Notes under the pieces: generated by a model
Databases searched by the model: none
Told to the model about the DNA's origin: nothing
The model's input: the letters and a program-made list of their open reading frames with translations, nothing else
Part shown: positions 12,933-24,316 of the stretch, piece by piece
Layout: each line of letters starts with the position of its first letter
How positions within the stretch are numbered: position 1 is the first letter of the stretch
Assembly: GCA_965655095.1 (NCBI GenBank)
Contig: OZ296652.1
Location: 72,044,001 to 72,108,000 of the forward strand
Length of the DNA stretch: 64,000 nucleotides
Source: Haplodiscus bocki
Taxonomy: Eukaryota
Direction: 5' to 3'
Translations under genes and position numbers: made by a program

Positions 12933-14466
12933 CAAGACGGCCGGCTACCACCGGCATATTTTGCGCCTTCACATTTTAGTAAAGATGCCTTTTCAAAAGA
13001 AAGCGTTTTTTTAAATACTCTGTTTCATCATCATTTCTAATTTTTCCACCTTTAAAAACTTTTTGATTTTTAGCCAAAAGAACCTCACAAGTAACGTCGA
13101 AAGACATTTTTAAGAAACAATACCATTTGATATTCATTCTACAAAAAAAACTTGCCAAGTTTAGGGATTTTGAAAAAATTCAAGGTTTCTTTTTCGAAAA
13201 AATTCATCTATTTTTCTTCAAAAAAACCAAATTTTGAACATTTTGAGTAATCTCACTATTTCAGTCGTCGTATTCTACGGCAAACTTGCTCAGAAACCTG
13301 AAGATTTCAGCCAAAATCGTTTTTAGAGCGAACGCAATTGGCAAACATCGGGTAAAAAACTCACCCATTTGAGCAGATGACTTTGCTTCCATATTATATA
13401 TTATGGCGCAAAAAAAACTTCAAAATTAACTGACATCTGCACTGAAGAAAAAAAGTGCATTTGAAATTGAAAAAGAGGTTTTGAATTGACTTGGAAACAA
13501 GACCGGCATATTTTCCGCCCACCAGTTTTGTTAAAAATGCCTTTTAAAAGGATGAAAGCAATGGTTTTCAAAAAGCACTCTTTCTTCATCAAATTTTGTA
13601 ATTTTTCCAAATTAAAAACTTCTGATTTTTTTGCAAAAAAAACTTGACAAATAACTTGGAAAAACATTTTCCAGAAATAAGATCATTTGACCCGCATTCT
13701 ATAGGCGATTTGCCACTTTCACCGATTTTCAAAAATCCCTACTTTTTTTCGATTATTTCGAAAAATCTCAACGTTATTTCTCAAAATAGCCAACTTTCGT
13801 ACATACATGAGAGACCTTTCTATTTCAGTCGCATTCTACGACAAAATTGTTATGATATAGTTACGAAAAATTGTCGATTTCAGAATCCTCCTCCGGTCAT
13901 CTGCCACGAGAATTGGCAAGAAAACGTAAAGAAAAACACAGTGTTGACGCGTTGAATGGATGATTTTCTTTCCCTATTAAATCAAGGCACCCGGCTACCT
14001 CCGGGATATTTTTCGCTCTCCAACATTGTTAAAGATGCCCATTAAGAGGATGAAAGCGTTTTTTTTTCAAAATACTCTGTTTCTTCATCATTATTTGTAA
14101 CTTTTCCAACTTTGAATTTTTTCTGATTTTTTCCCAAGAAACCCTCAAAAAAATATGAAAACACATGAAAAAATTTGCCACATGTAGCGATTTTGAAAAA
14201 TTTCAAGAATTTTTTCGAGAAAAACTCATTCATTTTTCCAAAAAAAAAACAAATTTTGAATGTTTTGAAAATTGTTAATATCCCGTCGCATTCTACGGCA
14301 AATTTGCTACAATTTGGTGAAAAAAAAATTTCACGTTCAAAAACGTGAACGGAAATCGTTTTAGTGTGAACGCAATTGGCAAACATCAGGTAAAAAAACG
14401 TCAGAAATAGCGCATTCTGAGAGGAAGATTTTGCTTGCATATTTTTAATATGGCGCAAAATAATAA
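12933..14466 (-). mobile_element. Three near-tandem copies (about 480 bp each) of a non-autonomous Helitron-like repeat
   Basis: Copies start at 12933, 13498 and 13983. The minus-strand 3' end is a GC hairpin (GCCGG-tggtag-CCGGC; partly deleted in the 13498 copy) followed by CTTG. Shared internal motifs gcattctac and gcaattggcaaacatc. Confidence 0.65.
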
Positions 14467-15116
14467 AAATACTTGGGAAAAATTCACTGATAAAAAAGAC
14501 AACGACCCTACTGAATGATTAATTTTTCTTACATTCTTAAAAATATGTGGCGAAAAAATAACAACGCGCACACAACTTGCACACCTCTCAGACAGTAGTA
14601 ATGATGTGATGTTTGAGAAAAATCTTTGAAAACCAGTCTCAAAATACTCTTCTCGTTCATTTCTTAAACCTTTTCAAAAGTTGACCACAATACATTGCAG
14701 TCAGACGAAAAACATGCCGGTGCTATTCGGCTGTCTTGGTAAAAAAATTTTCACAGGAGTCGGTCTTGGGAGAAAGAAACATGATGTTAAGATTCATCTT
14801 AAGATTAGAGATAATATTCTGCAGATTACGATTGAAAGATCAACTTTGTAGGCGAGAGACATCGAAATTTATGGCAGAGGTGTTGTCTTTTCAGCAGTCC
14901 CACTCTATTCACTTTTATTTAATTTATTTAATTATTTAATTAGTTAAACTTTTGCCACACAATCTATAGTTAGACTTTGACACCAAAAAACACAAATCGG
15001 TGACATTAGAGATTGAGTCCTTGTTTTCCAAAGACACCGCGTGAACACAACACCATGAGCTATTGAATTGTATAACTCGAAAACTTTTCTGAAGACTGTT
15101 ATTATAGTCTTCAGAC

Positions 15117-17905
15117 GAACTATAGTACTATTTTTTGCAACCAACTAAAAAGTTTGTACAAATTTCAGTTTTGTAGTTGTAGTTCAACAAATACCGTAGT
15201 TGTATAATGATCAGGTTAAAACTAGCAACTTTTAACGGCAGAATTTGGGAAAAAATGGGTTCAAATTTTTTCCTAATTCACACTAAATTTGACTGTTTTT
15301 TATGAACATTTCGCAATTTGTTCCAGAAATTCCTTCCTGAGCAAGCCTTTTTCGTTAGAAAGTCGTAAATTAGAGGAAAATAGTTCGCGTTCAATTGTTG
15401 AGACCGCTTCCGAAAAGCGACTGATTATTTTTTCAACGGAATCACAATATAAATGTCTTCGAGCTTCAAATTCCAGTGGCAAGTAAGTTAAAGCTTTATG
15501 ATTGATTTCCCAAAAACCCATTTCTTAAATTTCTATTTCTGTTTTAGAAATAGCTTGAAATCGCGGAAACTCGCGGACGCTTCTGATTGTCCAAAGTTCG
15601 CGTTAACTGGAGCTTGCAAATTATTGTAGGGCCTGATATTAAACCTAACTTTGAAGAATAGTTTGTAATTCTTATTCCCCTCATACGAGCATGAGAATAA
15701 CATTCTTCTGTTTAAGGTGATTATATTGCTTCATCAACAGTGCATACCTCCAGCTGGCGAATGTACGCAGCTGTGTATAGAATTGTATTGGTTACTGTAG
15801 TTGGCACACTTCTCTTGTTCTTGTATGGCAGAGTAATTTTTGAAATACAGAAACGGAGAATACAGTCACGGAAACTCCAGAGGCAACTATCAGCTAGTAC
15901 TGCTATCGATGAAGCATCAGAGTTAGTGAAATTTGATGTAAGTTATCTTCCGCAAATGTAAACAAAGCGCATTATAGCACCGATGGTTTTTCAAATTGTT
16001 ACATTTTGGTTTAATAAAACCTTGGCTGTTCAAGGCTCTTCAAGCCAAAACCAGCACCGAGCGTCTCTATCTGAAATGTGCAGCTTTTCTTAACTCTTAA
16101 AAACCCAAAACTCATTTCACATTAATTGAGAATAAAACTCAAAGAACTTCAAAGTGCTCATCCGAGTGGGAAGAGAACCATCTTAGACTATTGAAATCGT
16201 AAAAATTCTTATGAGTAAGCATAATCCTACAAGCAGTAGTAGCGTATGTCATTTTGCTCAAGGGGTGGGGGGGGCGGAGGGAAGTTGACTGAGTAACCAG
16301 ACATGATCATTTACTCAACCCGACCCGAATAAATAAACACTATGTAATCGACAGCCGAGTCGACAATAACGTCACCGACAGGAGAACTTGGCTAGTCCAC
16401 GTGAAGCACCAGAGTCGTGAGCCAATTCCAAGCAACACTGAATGCCATACTCGATATGCATGAATAACTCTACAATTATTGTTCAAATGCAGAATCCTTC
16501 AGGATTATAAAGTTATCACAAAACAAATCGAGTTGACGGTGACGATACATGATGAACTATACCTGAACTCTGGCATTTCACTCCTCAAGGAGAGCTCTTG
16601 ACATCATCGAAACAGGACAAGAGAGTAATCTGAAACATGTTTCAAAATCGAAAAAAAAGTTTATTTTCAAATTGACTAAAGTACTCCAAAATACCATTGC
16701 ATGTTTTTCGTTGCCAAAAGGTCAGCTCATTCCTACTTCCTCGTTCTCCGTGTTACTATTTTTGTCGGTTTACATTCATTTTCCACTCTGTAAAACGTGG
16801 AGGAAAACAATTACCTGAGCGAAAGTTGAAATAACATCCTGTAATTTGAAAAATTCAACGCAGGGAACCTATTTCATTTTGTGTAGCTTCGCCGATCAGT
16901 AGTAGGTTGTAAAAACAGGTTGATGAAACTGTAACATTTCCGGCACTTTCCATACTGCCAAACTTGAAGGTGACAAGTAATAGCAGCAGGATTATGAGAA
17001 AACGTAATGCAATATAAAAACTTGCACAAAGTGACATCGTTTTAGAGTGCCTCATGATTACAAAAAGTAGAATTTTTGAAAGCACTTTTGAGGGACTTTG
17101 AACTTTTCATTTTTTTCAGCAATGTGAGATTCGATGATAAAAGTTTGAAAACGGCAAAAGTTGTGAAAGCTTGCTACATGTTGAACATTTGGTCGTCGTG
17201 ATCACACGTTACAATGAAGTGTTCAATTTTGCTGACATGTTAAATCTCTATTGTTGAAAATCTAAGGAGTTGTAACAGTTCCCACGTTTTTAGCAATTTA
17301 GGACGTGATAGGAGAAGAACAAAAGTGGCAGGAAAAAGGAAACTTTTTGCAATTATAAAAGAAGAACATAGCAATTTTTTGAAAAGTTTTCTTTTTGACT
17401 AAAAGTAGAGTCTTTTCATTCAAGTCTCAGAAAACAAATTTTCCGGAAGAGTCGATTTTGTGAGTTTGCGTAGTAAAAACAGAAGACCGCAAACAATTGA
17501 GGAATTTTGTTTCGACCTAGAAATTCCTACTTGGAGAACTTGTTTTGAACTGATTGTCATTTCAGAGCTGTGAGATTCCATAGACAAAATAAAACTGTAG
17601 AAAAACATTGGCAAGACTTTTTACAATTTGAAAACATGCATTTAGCAAACTTCGTGTTTGAAACGAATTTCATTACTGATCACTAGAAAGCTACATTGGC
17701 AAGGCGATGACACTGTTTCAATTCTGCCGCTTTCAGCATGGTGTGACTTGATGGGGGAAAACAGACACTGAAAAAAAAACAGAAAACTCATTGCAGTATG
17801 AAAACTGCAACTTGAAGACATTGTTTCACAGTACCTATTTTTGCTGATGAGAAGCATTTTCGATTGTGTTTCTAAACAATTTTGAAGTATCTGACATCTA
17901 TGGAA
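15117..17905 (+). repeat. Left arm of 2.8-kb inverted repeat
   Basis: Reverse complement of 24317-27105. Mirrored ORFs in the track: 15300/26700, 15740/26260, 16855/25135, 17420/24609. Confidence 0.95.
15717..15937 (+). pseudogene. Inverted (antisense) duplicate of the GPCR TM5 exon
   Basis: Identical translation and splice sites to 26284-26504, on the opposite strand, inside the inverted-repeat arm. Confidence 0.8.
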
Positions 17906-20599
17906 TAAACATGAAGATGTCGCAGTTCGGGCGTTTTGAAGTCGTTCGGAGTTTTAAAGAAACAACATGGAAAGCACGACATATTTGAGATCGTAGGATT
18001 TCGAGGCGCTCGAAGAAGCTAAGACAAACAAAGGAATCGCTCTGCTTGTGCGAATCTACAGACATGAAGTAAAAGGCATATGACTTCACACAAAACTTGC
18101 TTCTTAAAAAATGCTTTAATAGCTCAAACCCCTAAAAAGGTTATAACGTTCAGTTGACTATCCCGAAGACTGAAGAAGTGTAGTTTTTCTGAAAACGCTC
18201 TAAAAGTATGTTATTAGACACTTTGTTTCCATGAATGGTCTAAAAACTGAGTGAAAGTGTACTGTTGTGTCGTGCTGAGTTCACACTTTTCACCAACTAA
18301 AAAAAATTCAGCGTTGGATCTTTTCACTGCAATTCCATTATAGGGAAATTTGACTTTCAAAAGAAGTGGGTGCATACCTACGTTGAAATTTTGTCAAAAA
18401 CGGGACAACTGTAACAATCAAACTTCTTTTCACCTGCGGTCCCTTCACTGTTTTTGTGCTTTCCACTGCTGCCGCAAGCAAAAATATCATTCCAAAGAGG
18501 AAACGGAAAAAAGTGCTCAATAAATTTGTGTTGTAGTAACCAGACAAGACACTCAATCCCAAAAAGTTGCCTTTGGGATCCGCTTTCGAAAACAACGTTT
18601 GTTGTGTTTGTTGGGATTAATTGCTTGTGTCCAATTGTCCACCGGTTCATCATGGTTGATACAAATGTCTGAAATTGTCAACTGGCAGGTCCAATTCTGA
18701 GTATCATCGACCTTTCCGGGAGTTTGCGTTAATTAAAGGCAGAACTGTTGTCAGTCAGCAAATTCACACCCAAAGGGAAACAGTCCTAAGTAAACTAGAT
18801 AATCCTGTGGATTTTTATGAAGAAGAGTGATACCAAAGCTTTTCCAGCAACTGTGGAAGTGCTTTTACATTATATCTAGTTAGTTTTCAAAACAATTACT
18901 TTTTTTCAAAACAAATACAAAACAAAAGCGTGCTATTCAGTAATCAAAAAAAGAACTCCTTTAGCGAGTTCCGGAGAAATGCAAAAAAAACTCTTTGGAT
19001 TCTGCAGAATTCTGAGTAGCTCAATGCTTCATCGAAGCCGCAATTGAGCGTTTTCTGCATTGAATTGGACTGGTTGACTTCTATTCTTTGTTTTTCAATG
19101 TTCCGTTGTTTTCTTTTTCATACCTCCGAAACTGAATACTGCTAATCATGTGTCTACTCCTTCTGACAATTGTGCAGCTCCGATGCAATTGACGGCTGTC
19201 TGACAAGCAGCACTCATTTAATTACAAACAGCAACCACAAAAAATTAAGTGGGAGTTTTATGAGGAACACAAAAACATGATGGGAATTAGGTTGAATTGT
19301 ATAATTTCCTTTCAGGTAAGCAGGAAAAGGTTTTAGTTCCGCCTCAATTTCTCCAATTCCCATTTGGTGACATTGAAAACTCATATTCACAAATTAAAAG
19401 CACTTTATTGCATAGTAGGTGGAAAGACATCAAAGAAAATACAACAAAACAATCGATGGTGAAATTATGAGATGCAAAAATCTTTCATCAAATGCAACAT
19501 TAAATGGGTTATAAACGGTTCATAAACGTTTCCCCGCAGCCAATTTGATGTTTTTCAAAATTTTGGTTTCATTCCCGATGAATTTCGTGTTCATAAAGGA
19601 GACCTGGATGCAAATGGAGTGAAGCAAACAAGAAAAACTGTTACGTAGGTTGAAAGAAATTTGAACAAACAATCAGCTGCAACGAGGCTTTGATCTTGAA
19701 AAAGGTACTTCAAAACTTGACGAACAAAACAGCGTCAAAGTTGGAAGATCGAGACATTCAGAGAAACGAGTCATCGTTAGTTTATTTCCTTCGCAGGATC
19801 GCAGGCGTGTAGCAGAACCGGGACTGAAATGAAAATGTCACTATAACGGGAAAGATTTAACAACTGGATCAAACTTGTTGCGCAAAGGTCATTGAAATGC
19901 TCAATACCGTTTCTAAAGCTTGTCTGCGCCGATATTTTTTGCAGCATTCGTACGAGCGAAAAAAAAATTTTGAACCCTGTTAAAGACTTTCGGAGAATTG
20001 ATGGACGATGTACCGTCTTCATATTTCTATAATTTTTTAGTCAGAAAACCGTAACAAAAACTCTGGACGAAAATGCACTTTCTGATTTCATAGCTTTTTT
20101 AATACAAGTGCACAGAGCTAGCTAATGTGCCTCATACTATTTTGTTATCAGCATGTTTTCGCATGTTTTGGTCAGGAAAATTGGTCTTCTTATTTTTTGC
20201 TCTAAGTCCCGGAAATTTATCATAGACCATTTTCAAAATCTTTTACTCACAATGTAGGTTGTCTCCAATTCTTGTGACAAAAACCTGTTGAATGAGTTTT
20301 CTTCTTCTTTGCAAGGAATGATAATTTAATTTACAGCAACAATAAAAACAAAGGTCAAAAATTTGGCGGCTTCAGATTAAAATATGGATGTTGCATTTGT
20401 TCTGTTTTCAGCGAATTCTTATGTTGGTGTGTGCAGTAACGCTATTTGAAAAAAGACGAGACTATCTCAACATTAGAAGTTGCATCCAAAAGAAACGACG
20501 AGAACTTTTATTACTCGGAGGAAATTTTGACCATTAACACAAGACCATACTTAACATACACGGTAGGATAGTTTTTGCACTGCAAAGTTTGTCTTTTTT

Positions 20600-22260
20600 A
20601 ACGAAAAAACTTCCTCGGCCAAAAGTATTATGAACGATTCCTTCTCAATTCACAATGTTGATTTGAACAGATGTGTTCTTTTCCCATTGTTACACTCTTG
20701 CATTCATTGAACAAAACGAATAATTTAACTTTTAGTTTTTTCTGGCACTTTTTTTGATCGCGCCTAAAATTGATTTGTAGATCTTTTTCTTGTTTTTGAT
20801 GAACAAGATGATTTTTCAAAGAAGTTTTTCCTCGAGGAAAAAACCCTTTTTTAGTCCGTCATTGTTGCTTAACAAACCAGTACGTCTATAGTCACTTCAG
20901 AAAAGGTCACACAATCAGAAATGTTTTCACATTTTGCAATTAGAAAACAAACAAATTAGTGTAACTGGAAGCTAACTCTATTTCACTTCTCCAGAAGGTT
21001 ATCTTATACTTGCGCAAATAAGAGTGAATATGAGTTGTTCTGCTGTGAACGGAACGTTAGCAATTGGCATTATAGCTGAGCAATGCAGACACTTTAGGTA
21101 AACCCTTCATAACTCTTTGTGCGAAGACATTCACACTTCCGTCGACAACAGTACTTTCAGAAAGGGGACTAAACATATCTGTGAAAACATTTTTCGACAA
21201 ATCAACCACAAATACCTAAAAACTAATCTTTCATCTTTCGTTTTTATTTTCTGTAGCAAGAACTTGTCGCTCGAACTGCAACAAACATGTGACATGAAAG
21301 TTCCGTTTCGCTCAAATGGACAAATCAACTGTTGATTCGATATGTTGATAACAGAAAACTGAAAGCCTACTTAAAAAACAAACCAGATGGCCGACTTTCA
21401 ACAAAACTTCGATTTTACTAACTCAGCAAATCGAAAGTTTGAAATGAAAACTATCTGGAGGTACTGAAACAAATGTGGAACTTTTAATCCTTCCAAAAAC
21501 AATATAAATTATATTTATCCTTAGCAGTGTTTAGTGATTGCGTCGAGATAAAAAAAGCAGCACTTGTTAAATACTGCCCCAAAATGAACAATACTGATAA
21601 TGATTTTGTTCAAAAAACTTTTTAACAAAGAGAAAGGTCAAATGGAAAAAATTGGCCCACCAAAATGTGCTTTATCTGTTCTTCGGAAGAATTATAGGTC
21701 GTTTCAAATTTTTATTTGAGTTTCCTCACGTATTCATGAACAAAACCCGAGTGGTGCAACACTGAAGGAAATGTTCCAGTTTGTTGAACATCGAATGAAG
21801 TGTTTCTTGTTGAAAAGAGATCGAAAGATTGTGAAACTTAAAAAAAAGGAAAGTAAACGTTTGCTGTTTGACAGCCCACTTTTCTGGATTATGTTGGAAA
21901 ACAGTCAAACATTACCAGATGATGTACAATCAAGAATCCATGAGAACATTTTCGTTTGTTTCGAAAAACATTAATATTTCAGGAACATTTCAAACAAAAT
22001 CGTCACTAATGTGTTCTCTTACTTCACTTGCACCAAAATGTCTGACCGGTCAACGAAAACGTTCTCAAGAAACACAATATCTGACTGTCTCCAGTTGAAT
22101 GGTTAGTCTTATGTTGAAAACTACATGGAAAAGAACGACCATTTCGTAGAGGAAACGTCCATTAGAACTCGATGAAGCTTTTGGAAAACCTTTCAATTTT
22201 CGATTTCCCGGTTACAAGATAAGACTAAGTCAACGAAAATTCAGACTTCAATATACTTTC
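20600..22260 (+). pseudogene. Heavily decayed protein-primed DNA polymerase B (Polinton/Maverick-like) relic
   Basis: Faint colinear motifs (FEFPHVFMNKT; SGLCWKTVKH...YNQES; YVENYMEK) resembling LEYP..IHEKT, HGM.V.KVH...FKQS and FYGKTMEN. Confidence 0.35.
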
Positions 22261-22269
22261 ACATGAAAT

Positions 22270-22600
22270 TTTGACAATTCATGGAGACACATTGTCTAAT
22301 AACTTTATTTTTTGGGCGTTTCCAGAAAAACTACAGCTCTTCGTTCTTCCTAGTTAGTCAACCGAACCTCAATGGGGGGTTTGAGCTGTTCAAGCTGTTT
22401 TCAAGAAGCAAGTTTTGTATGATGTCATATGTTTTTTACTTCTTGTCTGTAGATTCGCAAGCAGAGCGATTCTATTGTTTGTCTTAGCTTCTTCAAGCGC
22501 CTCGAATTTTTACGCTCCCAAACGTGTCGTCTTTTCCATGTTGTTTCTTCAAAACCCTGAACGACTTCAAAACGCCCGAACTGTGACATCTTCATGTTTA
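22270..22600 (-). repeat. Older inverted copy of 17905-18240
   Basis: Alignable by eye but visibly more diverged (e.g. aaaacgcccgaactg, ttgtcttagcttcttc). Confidence 0.85.
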
Positions 22601-24316
22601 GTGTCACACGTCTCAAGCTGCCATTTTATTAACTTTCCATGGGTTCTTCGCTGACAACCAAGACTACGCACCACCACCAACTCAATCAAATTTGACGAAT
22701 TTGTTTTCCAAGGTCATTGCTGATTACTGATAATTTTCCAAAATTTTCAGACTGTTGAATATTGGGCTGACCGGAAACTTTTTTCTTTGTAGTTGAAAAA
22801 AATGAATTGAAAACAACAGTTACGGTAAATTAGCATCTTTTTTTCTCAACTACACAATTTCATTTGCAAATTGCGGCATTTTGCAGGACTTCGGTTTCAA
22901 GAATGATCGTGACTAAGTTAGTGAAAACCTCAATTCATCACCAGCTCAGCCTTTATTCCATATAATCACTCTCTCGAAGTTTTCATGACTTCTCCTACTG
23001 TCGGATTTGGAAATTCGGACGTTTTTTCACAAGGCCGAAAGTGTTTTAAAAATTATGTTCTTACTTGAACTGTAACTTTTTCCTAAATTATTTTTCTGAA
23101 ACAGAAATAAGTTTTTCAAAGAACAAAAAACAATACTTCAGAATTTTTTGGTCTTTTTGGTTGGTCTGATGCAGTCATTAAATGTTGAAAATGTCGAAAA
23201 AACAATCTAAATTTTTGTGGATTTAGAAGCAAATTCCAATTTGGATCAGGACTTTGGTAGACATCGTTTAATTTTGTGAGTTGGAGAAGATTTTCTTCAA
23301 AAAAAGAAGATTTACTGCTTTGATTAGTTTTCTCCAAGAATGTCTCATCTTCCCGAAAAATCCACAAACACCACCCTATTTGTTTTGGTGAAAAGACTTG
23401 AAGATGTTGTTCAAACGAAAACGAAGAAAAAAATCAGATTTAGGCAATATCTCCAAGATGCAGTCAGCATTTCTAAGATTGATTTGATTTCTCAGAGAAA
23501 AACTCCGATAAACTGGCTGAAACTGTTTTGCTACTCATCCTTTTCGCTAGCGAGAAATGGTTTTAGGAAAAATTGCACATGAAGTATCAGCAGGAGCAGA
23601 TTGAGTTTGTGAAAATTGTTCTAAAAATTAAGCAGTTTGTTTTTGTTCCTTGGTAGCGTTCCTCCGATTTTCCGAAACGATAAATGGTCTGTGATGTCAA
23701 AGTTACCTATGGCTGTTTTTAGACTTTTAACGGATCAAAAATTTTGAAAACAATAAGAAACAAGTCCGCTACTTGGATTGTTTTGAACAAAACCCGGTTT
23801 TACAACAATTATGCCTTCACTAAATTTGTCCATCGTTTTTCATATTGCAAAAGGTGCCGAAAATTGAAACGTCTTGACGAATTTCAAACTAGTTTTGTGG
23901 TAATCAACGGTATTGCACTCCTTAAATTAAGTACCATATGGTTAAAATTTCAAAAAGAAACAGTTTCAAATATTTTGCCATCGCGAAAGTGTTCAATTTA
24001 GTTTCATAGTGCTGAAGATGTGAAAAATTTCTAGCCCCCTCCACGAAGTTCGAATGATTGTTGTGAATGAGTTCAGCATCAACCGAACTAAAATGAAATC
24101 TTATGTTGCAGTTTTTTTCTTGTTTCTTGATCTTCCTTCCAACTAGTTTCACCAGAAGAAAATCTGTTAGTGTTATATTTTGTTTTAAAAATTGCAAAAA
24201 GTTTCCCATTTGATTAGAACTATTGGCCTTTTTGATTCAACTTCCCTAAATTTGTTCCTTGAGGTTGTAAACGTTTTCTTTTTTGCTTCTGTGGAAGCTC
24301 TAATTCAAATTTAACA

